Below, piece after piece: positions 1 through 6,431 of a stretch of DNA of 44,957 bases (the first letter of the stretch is position 1; each line of letters opens with the position of its first letter). The notes below the pieces were generated by a model. The model saw only the letters and a program-made list of their open reading frames with translations, was not told the DNA's origin and ran no database searches. The position numbers and the translations under genes were made by a program. Source of the stretch: a virus (Duplodnaviria; Caudoviricetes); the IMG/VR virus record IMGVR_UViG_3300032305_001094, positions 1 through 44,957 of that record; one strand, given 5' to 3'.

Positions 1-208
1 AAATGTACGCCTCAACACCAAGAATTGGCTTAATGCCAGTTTCCTTTGCGGCAATTTGCATATCTCTGTGTGAAGAGAGAGTACCATGGTCTGTAATTGC
101 AATCGCAGTTTGCCCAGCATCTAACGCTGCTTGGCACAATTCTTTAGGTGAATTTAGTCCATCCATTAACGAATAGTAGGAGTGAACATGTAGGTGTGTA
201 AAGCTCAT
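1..208 (-). CDS. dnaE: DNA polymerase III alpha subunit (DnaE-like), N-terminal PHP domain; runs off the left edge
   Basis: Not in the ORF track. Manual translation from ATG at 208 gives MSFTHLHVHSYYSLMDGLNSPKELCQAALDAGQTAIAITDHGTLSSHRDMQIAAKETGIKPILGVEAYI, with the HLHVHSxYSLxDG, AITDHG and KPILGVEAY PHP motifs. The ATG overlaps the upstream TAA (TAATG). Confidence 0.95.
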   Translation of the reverse strand, partial: MSFTHLHVHSYYSLMDGLNSPKELCQAALDAGQTAIAITDHGTLSSHRDMQIAAKETGIKPILGVEAYI

Positions 209-414
209 TAGTATCCGCCCATGCATTCGTTTCTTGTATGATAAAGTCTTATCTTAGTCATAGTCTTTTTGTTTGGTGCATAAAGATCTTCACCACAACA
301 TGCTGCTTTTAAATGCCATTCTCTTGCAAAGAAATCATATAGCATCCCCTTATAGTCCTTGTACTTATTTGCTACAAAAGTATCAAAAGGGTCTGGTATT
401 TCGTATGAGATCAT
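208..414 (-). CDS. Hypothetical 68-aa protein, possibly metal-binding (CC...H-x4-C)
   Basis: Coupled to dnaE by a TAATG overlap and preceded by a consensus-like promoter with the -10 element 6 nt before the ATG. Confidence 0.75.
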   Translation of the reverse strand: MISYEIPDPFDTFVANKYKDYKGMLYDFFAREWHLKAACCGEDLYAPNKKTMTKIRLYHTRNECMGGY

Positions 415-420
415 GTTGTC

Positions 421-449
421 ATTCTACTAAATAATACAGGGGCAGTCAA
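421..449 (-). promoter_or_regulatory. sigma70/SigA-type promoter TTGACT-17-TAGAAT, leaderless
   Basis: -35 at 449..444, -10 at 426..421, 17-nt spacer, ATG at 414. Confidence 0.7.
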
Positions 450-462
450 TAGACTGCCCCTG
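437..462 (-). terminator. Intrinsic terminator-like hairpin after the SSB gene
   Basis: Perfect 11-bp stem CAGGGGCAGTC-tatt-GACTGCCCCTG followed by U-rich TATTATTT on the minus strand. Confidence 0.7.
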
Positions 463-474
463 CTATTTAATTGT

Positions 475-1146
475 TTACCAGTCTAAGTTGCTGCTAGTCG
501 CTGAAGGCTCATCTGCATGAGTGCTCTCACCAGCAAAGAAAGCTTCTTGTTCTGTATAAGGCATATCACGAACTGCTGCTGTTTCGAGCTCGAACAGTTC
601 TAGTGATGAGGCATCAAATGCAGTCTCATCTTTTGCTAAAGGAATGATTGTGTAACTTGTATCTGTCTTTGTTCCAGAACGCTTAACACGCCACATCAAG
701 TTAGTGATGCTTCCCATTTCGCCAGCATATTCAATTAGTGTTGGGGTAATTGTTTTACCGCTTGACCCCTGAGAAAGGATAGCCACGTATGGGTCTTCCT
801 TGCCATCGTCAACAAGAACATTAATGTAAAGTCGTGAACGACCCTTCCATCCCGCCTTGTAATCTTTACGGTGTTGTTCACATCCGTAGCACTTGCCTTG
901 ATCTTCCATTGTGCAAAGACCCTTACGGCGATAGTCTTTTGGATTTGTGTGCTCTACAGCAATAAACCCAAGCCCAGCCTTTTCGCTGTATGTGGGTGAA
1001 TCTGGATCTAGTTCCTGCAAGAAGCGAATCTTTACGCTTTCTGCATCCTCTAGCTTTACCCAACGGCCTTTTGTTCCTTCGCCACCGTTTGACTGTGGCT
1101 TGTCCATAACTTTATTAAGATCTTTTAGACCTTTTACTATTCCCAT
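475..1146 (-). CDS. Single-stranded DNA-binding protein (T4 gp32-like)
   Basis: VKIRFL strand, H...C-x7-C-x2-C Zn site, RSGTKTDTSY motif and acidic C-terminal tail; located after primase and helicase. Confidence 0.75.
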   Translation of the reverse strand: MGIVKGLKDLNKVMDKPQSNGGEGTKGRWVKLEDAESVKIRFLQELDPDSPTYSEKAGLGFIAVEHTNPKDYRRKGLCTMEDQGKCYGCEQHRKDYKAGWKGRSRLYINVLVDDGKEDPYVAILSQGSSGKTITPTLIEYAGEMGSITNLMWRVKRSGTKTDTSYTIIPLAKDETAFDASSLELFELETAAVRDMPYTEQEAFFAGESTHADEPSATSSNLDW

Positions 1147-1188
1147 ATATTTCTCCTTTGTAATTGATGGTGTAAATCCATCTGTTGA

Positions 1189-2193
1189 TTATTTTTGATG
1201 GGTCCAAGATTGATATTCAATATTGGAAACTGCGTTTTTAATACAGACTTTAATTTCCTCTTCGGTCAAATCGCCAGCATCTTTTGCATCATGTGGATAT
1301 ATCTTACCATATTCATACGAAGCCCACAAGAGGTCTTTATTCTTTAATCTAGAGGCAATGCTATTCGCAAGCTCACGACCAGCGTGGTCAGCATCAGTCA
1401 TTAAAGTAACTTTATTAAAATATCTATTTATTAATGCAATATTTTCTGTGGATATATGCCCGCCAAGTGTTGCAATAACATTGGGGAATCCCGCCTGATG
1501 AACACGGATTGCATCAAAGCTAGACTCTACAACAATAACATTGTCACCTATTTTTTTAGCACGGTGAATGTTAAACATAGTCTTGCTTCTGGGGAGGTTG
1601 GTACTGTTTTTAAATTTCTTTTCTGAAATAGATCTGCCTACGATGCCTACTGCAAGTCCGTCTGGGCTATGTACTGGAACTGTTACCATATCCTGTTTTG
1701 GAGAATAGCCTAAAGAGAAATGGGCAATTGAAGACATATCGATTCCTCTAGACTTAAAATAGTCTTGTGCTTCTTTGCTTGCAACTAAATCATTATATAG
1801 ATTCTTTAGTATCTCTTCTGGAAACTCTACGAAGTCTGGCTTGTCTTCTAGCACATCGTTTAGAAGATCATCAAAGTTTTCTAATGTCTCTGCTTCTTTT
1901 GAATAGACATATCTCATGGCCTCAAAGTCATTCTTATGCAAAACTCTTTTAACTAGTTCTATTAATGATCCCGTTTCACCACACGATGGATTAAAGCATA
2001 GCCATGCCCCAGTTGTTTTACTAATACTACAACTTGCGCTGTGTCGGTTGGAATGAAATGGGCAGTAAAAAGAAACCTCTATGTCTGTTTCACCAGCTAC
2101 CTGTAAGCCAAGGCTCTTTACAATTGCCTTTATATGTTGCTTAGAGTATTGCGTGGTATCAGCTTTCCTTGCGTAATTGCTTCGTGCCGCCAT
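1189..2193 (-). CDS. dnaG: DNA primase (CHC2 Zn finger plus TOPRIM)
   Basis: CPFH...CFNPSC Zn finger, VVESSFD and TDADHAG TOPRIM motifs, KDAGD. The start is probably 2193 (track start 2244). Confidence 0.93.
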   Translation of the reverse strand: MAARSNYARKADTTQYSKQHIKAIVKSLGLQVAGETDIEVSFYCPFHSNRHSASCSISKTTGAWLCFNPSCGETGSLIELVKRVLHKNDFEAMRYVYSKEAETLENFDDLLNDVLEDKPDFVEFPEEILKNLYNDLVASKEAQDYFKSRGIDMSSIAHFSLGYSPKQDMVTVPVHSPDGLAVGIVGRSISEKKFKNSTNLPRSKTMFNIHRAKKIGDNVIVVESSFDAIRVHQAGFPNVIATLGGHISTENIALINRYFNKVTLMTDADHAGRELANSIASRLKNKDLLWASYEYGKIYPHDAKDAGDLTEEEIKVCIKNAVSNIEYQSWTHQK

Positions 2194-2441
2194 GCTTTCT
2201 TCTTTCCTACGTAAGTGCCATAGAGTGTCATTAAGAACATCCATGTTGTGCCATCAAATTCTACCGAAAAGTTGGTGTCTATGTCAAGTACCCTAAGATA
2301 CCCTTTGTCTCTCATCTGGTGCGTAAGCATGCTTTCATATTGATGCTTAATGCGAACCATATCAGAGTCATCTAAAAATTCAACTCTAACTTGGAATCTT
2401 TTTATCGGTTTGTGATTCATTATTTTGGAAAGGATTCTCAT
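2130..2441 (-). CDS. Hypothetical protein
   Basis: Co-oriented ORF between helicase and primase; a likely alternative start is 2420. Confidence 0.7.
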   Translation of the reverse strand: MRILSKIMNHKPIKRFQVRVEFLDDSDMVRIKHQYESMLTHQMRDKGYLRVLDIDTNFSVEFDGTTWMFLMTLYGTYVGKKKAWRHEAITQGKLIPRNTLSNI

Positions 2442-3648
2442 AAATTTCTTTGACGATACCCCTGTTGATATCCCAATCTAAGTATAAACCAAATTCATGT
2501 CCATGTCGATTTTTACGTGAGACAATCTCAATCATATTAGTGCCTGGATATCTATGAACAGCCATAGCCATATCAGCATCATACTCAATAGCCTTTGACC
2601 AAGCCACTTGAGACATCATTGGAGGGTTGTCCTGATCCGAAACATCATCCGCAGTCGCTGCTGTAATATCAATAATAGGAATATTGTTTGAGACTGCAAG
2701 CATCTTAAACTCACGAGAAACATTTCTGTTTCTTTCAACTTCAGAGTTACTTCTTTTATTATCATTAAACAGCTGATGGTAATCAAGGATAACTAGATCT
2801 GGTTTGTGCTGATCTATCTTGCCCTGAATAGTAGCTGGTGTTACTTCGGTATTGCCCTCATTTGAAATAAGGATAAAACTATTCTTGTCAGCAAATTTCT
2901 TTGAAGACCATGAACGGAAGTCATCAATATTAATATCTCCCTTAGAAAAATCAGACGCTTTAAATAAACCAGACCCTAGCATTGTATAAATACGATCACG
3001 CATATTCTCTGGTGACATCTCAAGAGAAACAATCATTGGCTTAAATCCTTGCTCCCAAGCTTTGCATGCAAGGTAGGAGGTGAACCAAGTCTTACCACGC
3101 CCTGGCCAGCCGATAGCCACGATTAAGTGACCTGGAGCCATACCTGTTGGGTAGGCTAAGTCTATGGCTTCAAAACCTGTCTTGATGCCTGGAGAGCCAC
3201 CCATTTCAGCAGATCGAACTCGCAATAACTCCATGTGTCTAATTGCTGCTTCGGCATCTGTAATGTCTAGGTCTCGGACATTGTTTGTAAATCTACTAAG
3301 CCCAGCTAATTGAGACTGCATATTTTCAAGAACTCTTGAGGCTGCATCTTCTTTTAAAGATGAGCCAGCACGAAGAATAATAGTCTTAAGCTTGTTTGAA
3401 ATAAATTCATTTTTAAGTGTATCTAGATAGTATCCAGTCTGTCCTTTAACATCTACTGGCTCAAAATCTTTAAACTTTTCTTGAAGAATTCCAGCTTCTG
3501 GAACAGCCTTAAACTTATAGTAATATGACTTGAGGCCATCCCAAATATCTTTATGTGATGTAAATAGATCGTCTACGTTATCCGCAAGGAGTGTACTAAT
3601 ATCTTTATTCTTGCATACCGCTGAGATTAACTCTGCTTCTGTATTCAC
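2386..3648 (-). CDS. dnaB: Replicative DnaB-like (SF4) helicase
   Basis: Walker A GWPGRGKT, SLEM, Walker B VILDY, IEYDAD and KNRHG motifs. Confidence 0.95.
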   Translation of the reverse strand: MNTEAELISAVCKNKDISTLLADNVDDLFTSHKDIWDGLKSYYYKFKAVPEAGILQEKFKDFEPVDVKGQTGYYLDTLKNEFISNKLKTIILRAGSSLKEDAASRVLENMQSQLAGLSRFTNNVRDLDITDAEAAIRHMELLRVRSAEMGGSPGIKTGFEAIDLAYPTGMAPGHLIVAIGWPGRGKTWFTSYLACKAWEQGFKPMIVSLEMSPENMRDRIYTMLGSGLFKASDFSKGDINIDDFRSWSSKKFADKNSFILISNEGNTEVTPATIQGKIDQHKPDLVILDYHQLFNDNKRSNSEVERNRNVSREFKMLAVSNNIPIIDITAATADDVSDQDNPPMMSQVAWSKAIEYDADMAMAVHRYPGTNMIEIVSRKNRHGHEFGLYLDWDINRGIVKEIYENPFQNNESQTDKKIPS

Positions 3649-3968
3649 TCTAGTCCGCCTTGCTCTACCATCTTCTTCGTTTCTTCTAGTAACAAACGAC
3701 GCTTCTCTTTATCTTTTTCAATCTCAGTTTTGACTGTATCCATCTTGTCAAAGTTATATAAAAAGAACTGGAGCGTGTGACCGTGCTTTGTAAGGTTAAA
3801 ATAATACTCAAGCAACTCTTTGGCACGATCAAATCCTACACTATCAATGACATCTTGCATAGCCCATTTTTCACGGAACTTATTTATTGATGGGGCTTTG
3901 CCATACTTCTCTTTGTAAAGGTTTTGGTAAAGAGATAGCAGGATGTATGGCTCTTTGCTATTTGCCAC
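3645..3968 (-). CDS. Hypothetical protein (possibly helicase-associated)
   Basis: Overlaps the helicase start; helical, charged C-terminus. Confidence 0.75.
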   Translation of the reverse strand: MANSKEPYILLSLYQNLYKEKYGKAPSINKFREKWAMQDVIDSVGFDRAKELLEYYFNLTKHGHTLQFFLYNFDKMDTVKTEIEKDKEKRRLLLEETKKMVEQGGLE

Positions 3969-4161
3969 TCTTTAGCTCTTCCTCAACCTCTTCTGTTTTT
4001 TGAATTAGCTTGTTCTCAACAAAAGCGTAGACTCGTTCTGTTGCAGCTTCCACCGTCTCGCCTTGTCTGACATCGTCCTCAATGCCCACGCCAATTTTAA
4101 TGCTTTCATAGTTACCAAGATTTCTAGTAAATGAAAGATCGACTTTTACTCTCGTTGTCAT
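3958..4161 (-). CDS. Hypothetical protein
   Basis: 67-aa ORF (TRNLGNYESIK) coupled to both neighbours by overlaps. Confidence 0.8.
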   Translation of the reverse strand: MTTRVKVDLSFTRNLGNYESIKIGVGIEDDVRQGETVEAATERVYAFVENKLIQKTEEVEEELKSGK

Positions 4162-4271
4162 TTGTGTTCCGCCTTCTTATGTCTGCTAAGTGTATCGCTG
4201 GCAAATATGCCCCATCGAACTTCTATGTCCCGTTTACAAATATCGCAAGTAACTGCCCTACTCTTTTCCAT
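4158..4271 (-). CDS. 37-aa C2H2-like zinc-finger microprotein
   Basis: Not in the ORF track. MEKSRAVTCDICKRDIEVRWGIFASDTLSRHKKAEHK has C-x2-C-x18-H-x4-H, with a TAATG overlap upstream and an ATGA overlap downstream. Confidence 0.75.
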   Translation of the reverse strand: MEKSRAVTCDICKRDIEVRWGIFASDTLSRHKKAEHK

Positions 4272-4756
4272 TACTCTGCCTTCCATACTGGAACAAACTT
4301 ACCGTCTTCTGTCTTAGTATACAATACTAAGTTGTTTTTGAGAAGAGCCTGGACCTCTGCCTTTGAAGGAACTTCTTTTGAGTGTCCTGAATCTAATATA
4401 TATTGGTGTATATCTAATATGTTCTTTTGATTAAACATATACTGTGACCAATTTTCGCTGTCTGGTTGTCCTATTGGATATATTTTTTGAGGGGTAGAAA
4501 CTTTATCTCCTAATATATATTCTTGTATAGTTACCCTATGCTTGTTAAGCATAGAGGCAACTTCTACAACAGTGTATGCAGTTTCCATATTCTTTTTAAC
4601 CTGAGAATATGAGTACATGACTCTCTTCTTGTCTGGGTAGCACCAAGCAATCATTTCATCCTTTGATCTGGATGCCTTTAAAACCTTATGTATCTTATCG
4701 TTTAAGAAGAAATACCGTAAGCTTTTTGATTTGCCGTCTCTTTTGATTCCAGCCAT
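4271..4756 (-). CDS. Helix-turn-helix DNA-binding protein (MerR/excisionase-like)
   Basis: AYTVVEVASMLNKHRVTIQEY matches the winged-HTH pattern. Confidence 0.7.
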   Translation of the reverse strand: MAGIKRDGKSKSLRYFFLNDKIHKVLKASRSKDEMIAWCYPDKKRVMYSYSQVKKNMETAYTVVEVASMLNKHRVTIQEYILGDKVSTPQKIYPIGQPDSENWSQYMFNQKNILDIHQYILDSGHSKEVPSKAEVQALLKNNLVLYTKTEDGKFVPVWKAE

Positions 4757-4887
4757 TTTCCGAAAGCACTCGTTTCTTTATTGCACATCCAGCGTTTGCC
4801 GCACATGATACAGAATAATTCCATATGTAGTTTTTGAGAGAAGACTCTGTCTACAAAAACTCGTCCATTACATTTGCCGCACCACAT
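4702..4887 (-). CDS. Small zinc-ribbon protein
   Basis: CGKC...CIMC. ATG at 4887 overlaps the upstream TAA (the track start of 4920 is less likely). Confidence 0.75.
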   Translation of the reverse strand: MWCGKCNGRVFVDRVFSQKLHMELFCIMCGKRWMCNKETSAFGKWLESKETANQKAYGISS

Positions 4888-5687
4888 TATAAAGTAAACA
4901 GCTTTCCGTCCACAACACATGAGTAATCAGGTGATACGTGAATCATCTGGACATGTGGGTAGTCATTTACAATGTGAGCAATCGCAAAACCCTTTTGCCA
5001 ATCATGGTGCTGGGTATATTTCATGCCTGGGCCCTTCTCGTCACACATGTGACCAATTTCATATCCACGAAGAGTTTCTCCCTCTCCGTTATTTCTAAGT
5101 TCATATGTTACCATATGCGAAGCAATCCTGTGAGAGTGGCCTCTAATTAAAGATATCTGCATATCTTCCATATCTTTTCTTGCGGATCCAGTTGCTGCAA
5201 TTGACATTCCGTGGTGCACATGTATGTCTCCAAATCTACGCTTTGGCAGTTCGTCATAATAAATATACTCATATCCTAAAGAGTCTAGTGACCATAGTGC
5301 TTCTGGGGTTACTTCATTAATATACTCTGGAAGCTTTGCGTCTATGTAATTAAAAATTCTTATATCATGATTTCCTAATGCAGAAAAAAGTTGTGCGTTA
5401 GGCAGCATCTCTCTTGTCTTGGCATAAAAATCTCTTGCCCCTTTTGCTTCGTGTCGCATCATTGGAACAATCAAATCTTTACTATCGTTCTTGTGCAATT
5501 GCAAAAATTCTGCAGAGCGCCCTTCAGTATACTTGCTGTAGCAAGCCTGGTCGTCTGTATCACCAAGGTAGTCAACAACATCTGGTTTAAACCACTTCAT
5601 GACTTTAAACCATAGGGCAATCATCTTATCATCTTGGTATGGAAACTGTTGATCGGATGATAGCATCCATTTTAAATCGTTACTCAT
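4887..5687 (-). CDS. Calcineurin-like metallophosphoesterase
   Basis: SDQQ, LGDTDD, GNHD, HHG and GHSH motifs. Confidence 0.88.
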   Translation of the reverse strand: MSNDLKWMLSSDQQFPYQDDKMIALWFKVMKWFKPDVVDYLGDTDDQACYSKYTEGRSAEFLQLHKNDSKDLIVPMMRHEAKGARDFYAKTREMLPNAQLFSALGNHDIRIFNYIDAKLPEYINEVTPEALWSLDSLGYEYIYYDELPKRRFGDIHVHHGMSIAATGSARKDMEDMQISLIRGHSHRIASHMVTYELRNNGEGETLRGYEIGHMCDEKGPGMKYTQHHDWQKGFAIAHIVNDYPHVQMIHVSPDYSCVVDGKLFTL

Positions 5688-5703
5688 TATCTACCTTCAT
5701 ACG

Positions 5704-5728
5704 AAAAAAGTCACGGGTACGTGACTTT
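5704..5728 (-). terminator. Intrinsic terminator-like hairpin at the boundary of the structural and replication modules
   Basis: Minus strand AAAGTCACG-tacc-CGTGACTTT followed by further T residues. Confidence 0.65.
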
Positions 5729-5729
5729 A

Positions 5730-5768
5730 ATGTTACAGTAAGTGTAACATATTGGTTAAGATTGTCAA
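5730..5768 (-). promoter_or_regulatory. Promoter TTGACA-16-TACACT (extended -10) overlapped by a palindromic operator-like site
   Basis: -35 at 5768..5763, -10 at 5746..5741; inverted repeat ATGTTACA-N5-TGTAACAT at 5730..5750. Confidence 0.55.
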
Positions 5769-5772
5769 TAGG

Positions 5773-6216
5773 TTAGGCTGGTGTTCCTGTAGCAAATATT
5801 ATTACTTTTAGATTTGGTGACGCTACTGCACATCTAAAATAGATCTTAGCTTCAGTTGTTGTTACAGACTGGACTTGTGGAAATACCTGTGACTGTGAAA
5901 AGGGAAGCAATGTTGTTCCTTCTGTATATACCTGCACCCAGACTAGCGGGGCCTCTGCCCATTTAATCTTAGAGCCAAACTGAAAAGTTTTTAACACGGG
6001 TGCACCAGCACCAACATTAACTGATTTAATTCCAGAATTCCATACAGTGTTAGTAATTTTTGTTGCTCCTGCAGCTTCATTAGTGTTTTTAATAACAACA
6101 TTAGAAACAGTTTCTGGTGTCGCAAGTGTATTTAAATCGGTATAAAAATTATTAAATATATCAGCAGTTATCGGATCTCCCGCTTGAACATTTCTTGATA
6201 CTAAATTTTTTGCCAT
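5773..6216 (-). CDS. Putative minor tail/fibre-associated protein
   Basis: Last gene of the tail module; AGDPITADIFN N-terminus and beta-rich C-terminus; preceded by an AAGGAG RBS. Confidence 0.6.
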   Translation of the reverse strand: MAKNLVSRNVQAGDPITADIFNNFYTDLNTLATPETVSNVVIKNTNEAAGATKITNTVWNSGIKSVNVGAGAPVLKTFQFGSKIKWAEAPLVWVQVYTEGTTLLPFSQSQVFPQVQSVTTTEAKIYFRCAVASPNLKVIIFATGTPA

Positions 6217-6219
6217 TTG

Positions 6220-6378
6220 TTACTCCTTTGGTTGTTCCGCTGGAACTTCCTGTAATCTATTTGCTTCAGTAAGCTGTGTTATTTCTGCTCTAAGAATTGC
6301 AATGTGTGTCTCATATTGTGAGACAATCTCACCAATTCTTTGCTGCAATGCTTGTACTACTAGTTCTGCTTTATCCAT
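6220..6378 (-). CDS. 52-aa coiled-coil protein
   Basis: Not in the ORF track. MDKAELVVQALQQRIGEIVSQYETHIAILRAEITQLTEANRLQEVPAEQPKE, with an AAAGGA RBS; it fills the intergenic gap. Confidence 0.8.
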   Translation of the reverse strand: MDKAELVVQALQQRIGEIVSQYETHIAILRAEITQLTEANRLQEVPAEQPKE

Positions 6379-6402
6379 TATATTCCTTTTCTATTCATAA
6401 TA

Positions 6403-6431
6403 AGGATACCATTATCCTTCAAGGGCGTCAA
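6403..6431 (-). promoter_or_regulatory. Promoter TTGACG-17-TATCCT (TGn extended -10)
   Basis: -35 at 6431..6426, -10 at 6408..6403; inverted repeat AAGGATA-ccat-TATCCTT at 6402..6419. Confidence 0.5.

Noticed and set aside
4887-5687. Inactive phosphoesterase (DQQ instead of DxH)
   Set aside because: The other four motifs are intact and this substitution is tolerated in phage members, so it is not evidence of a pseudogene.
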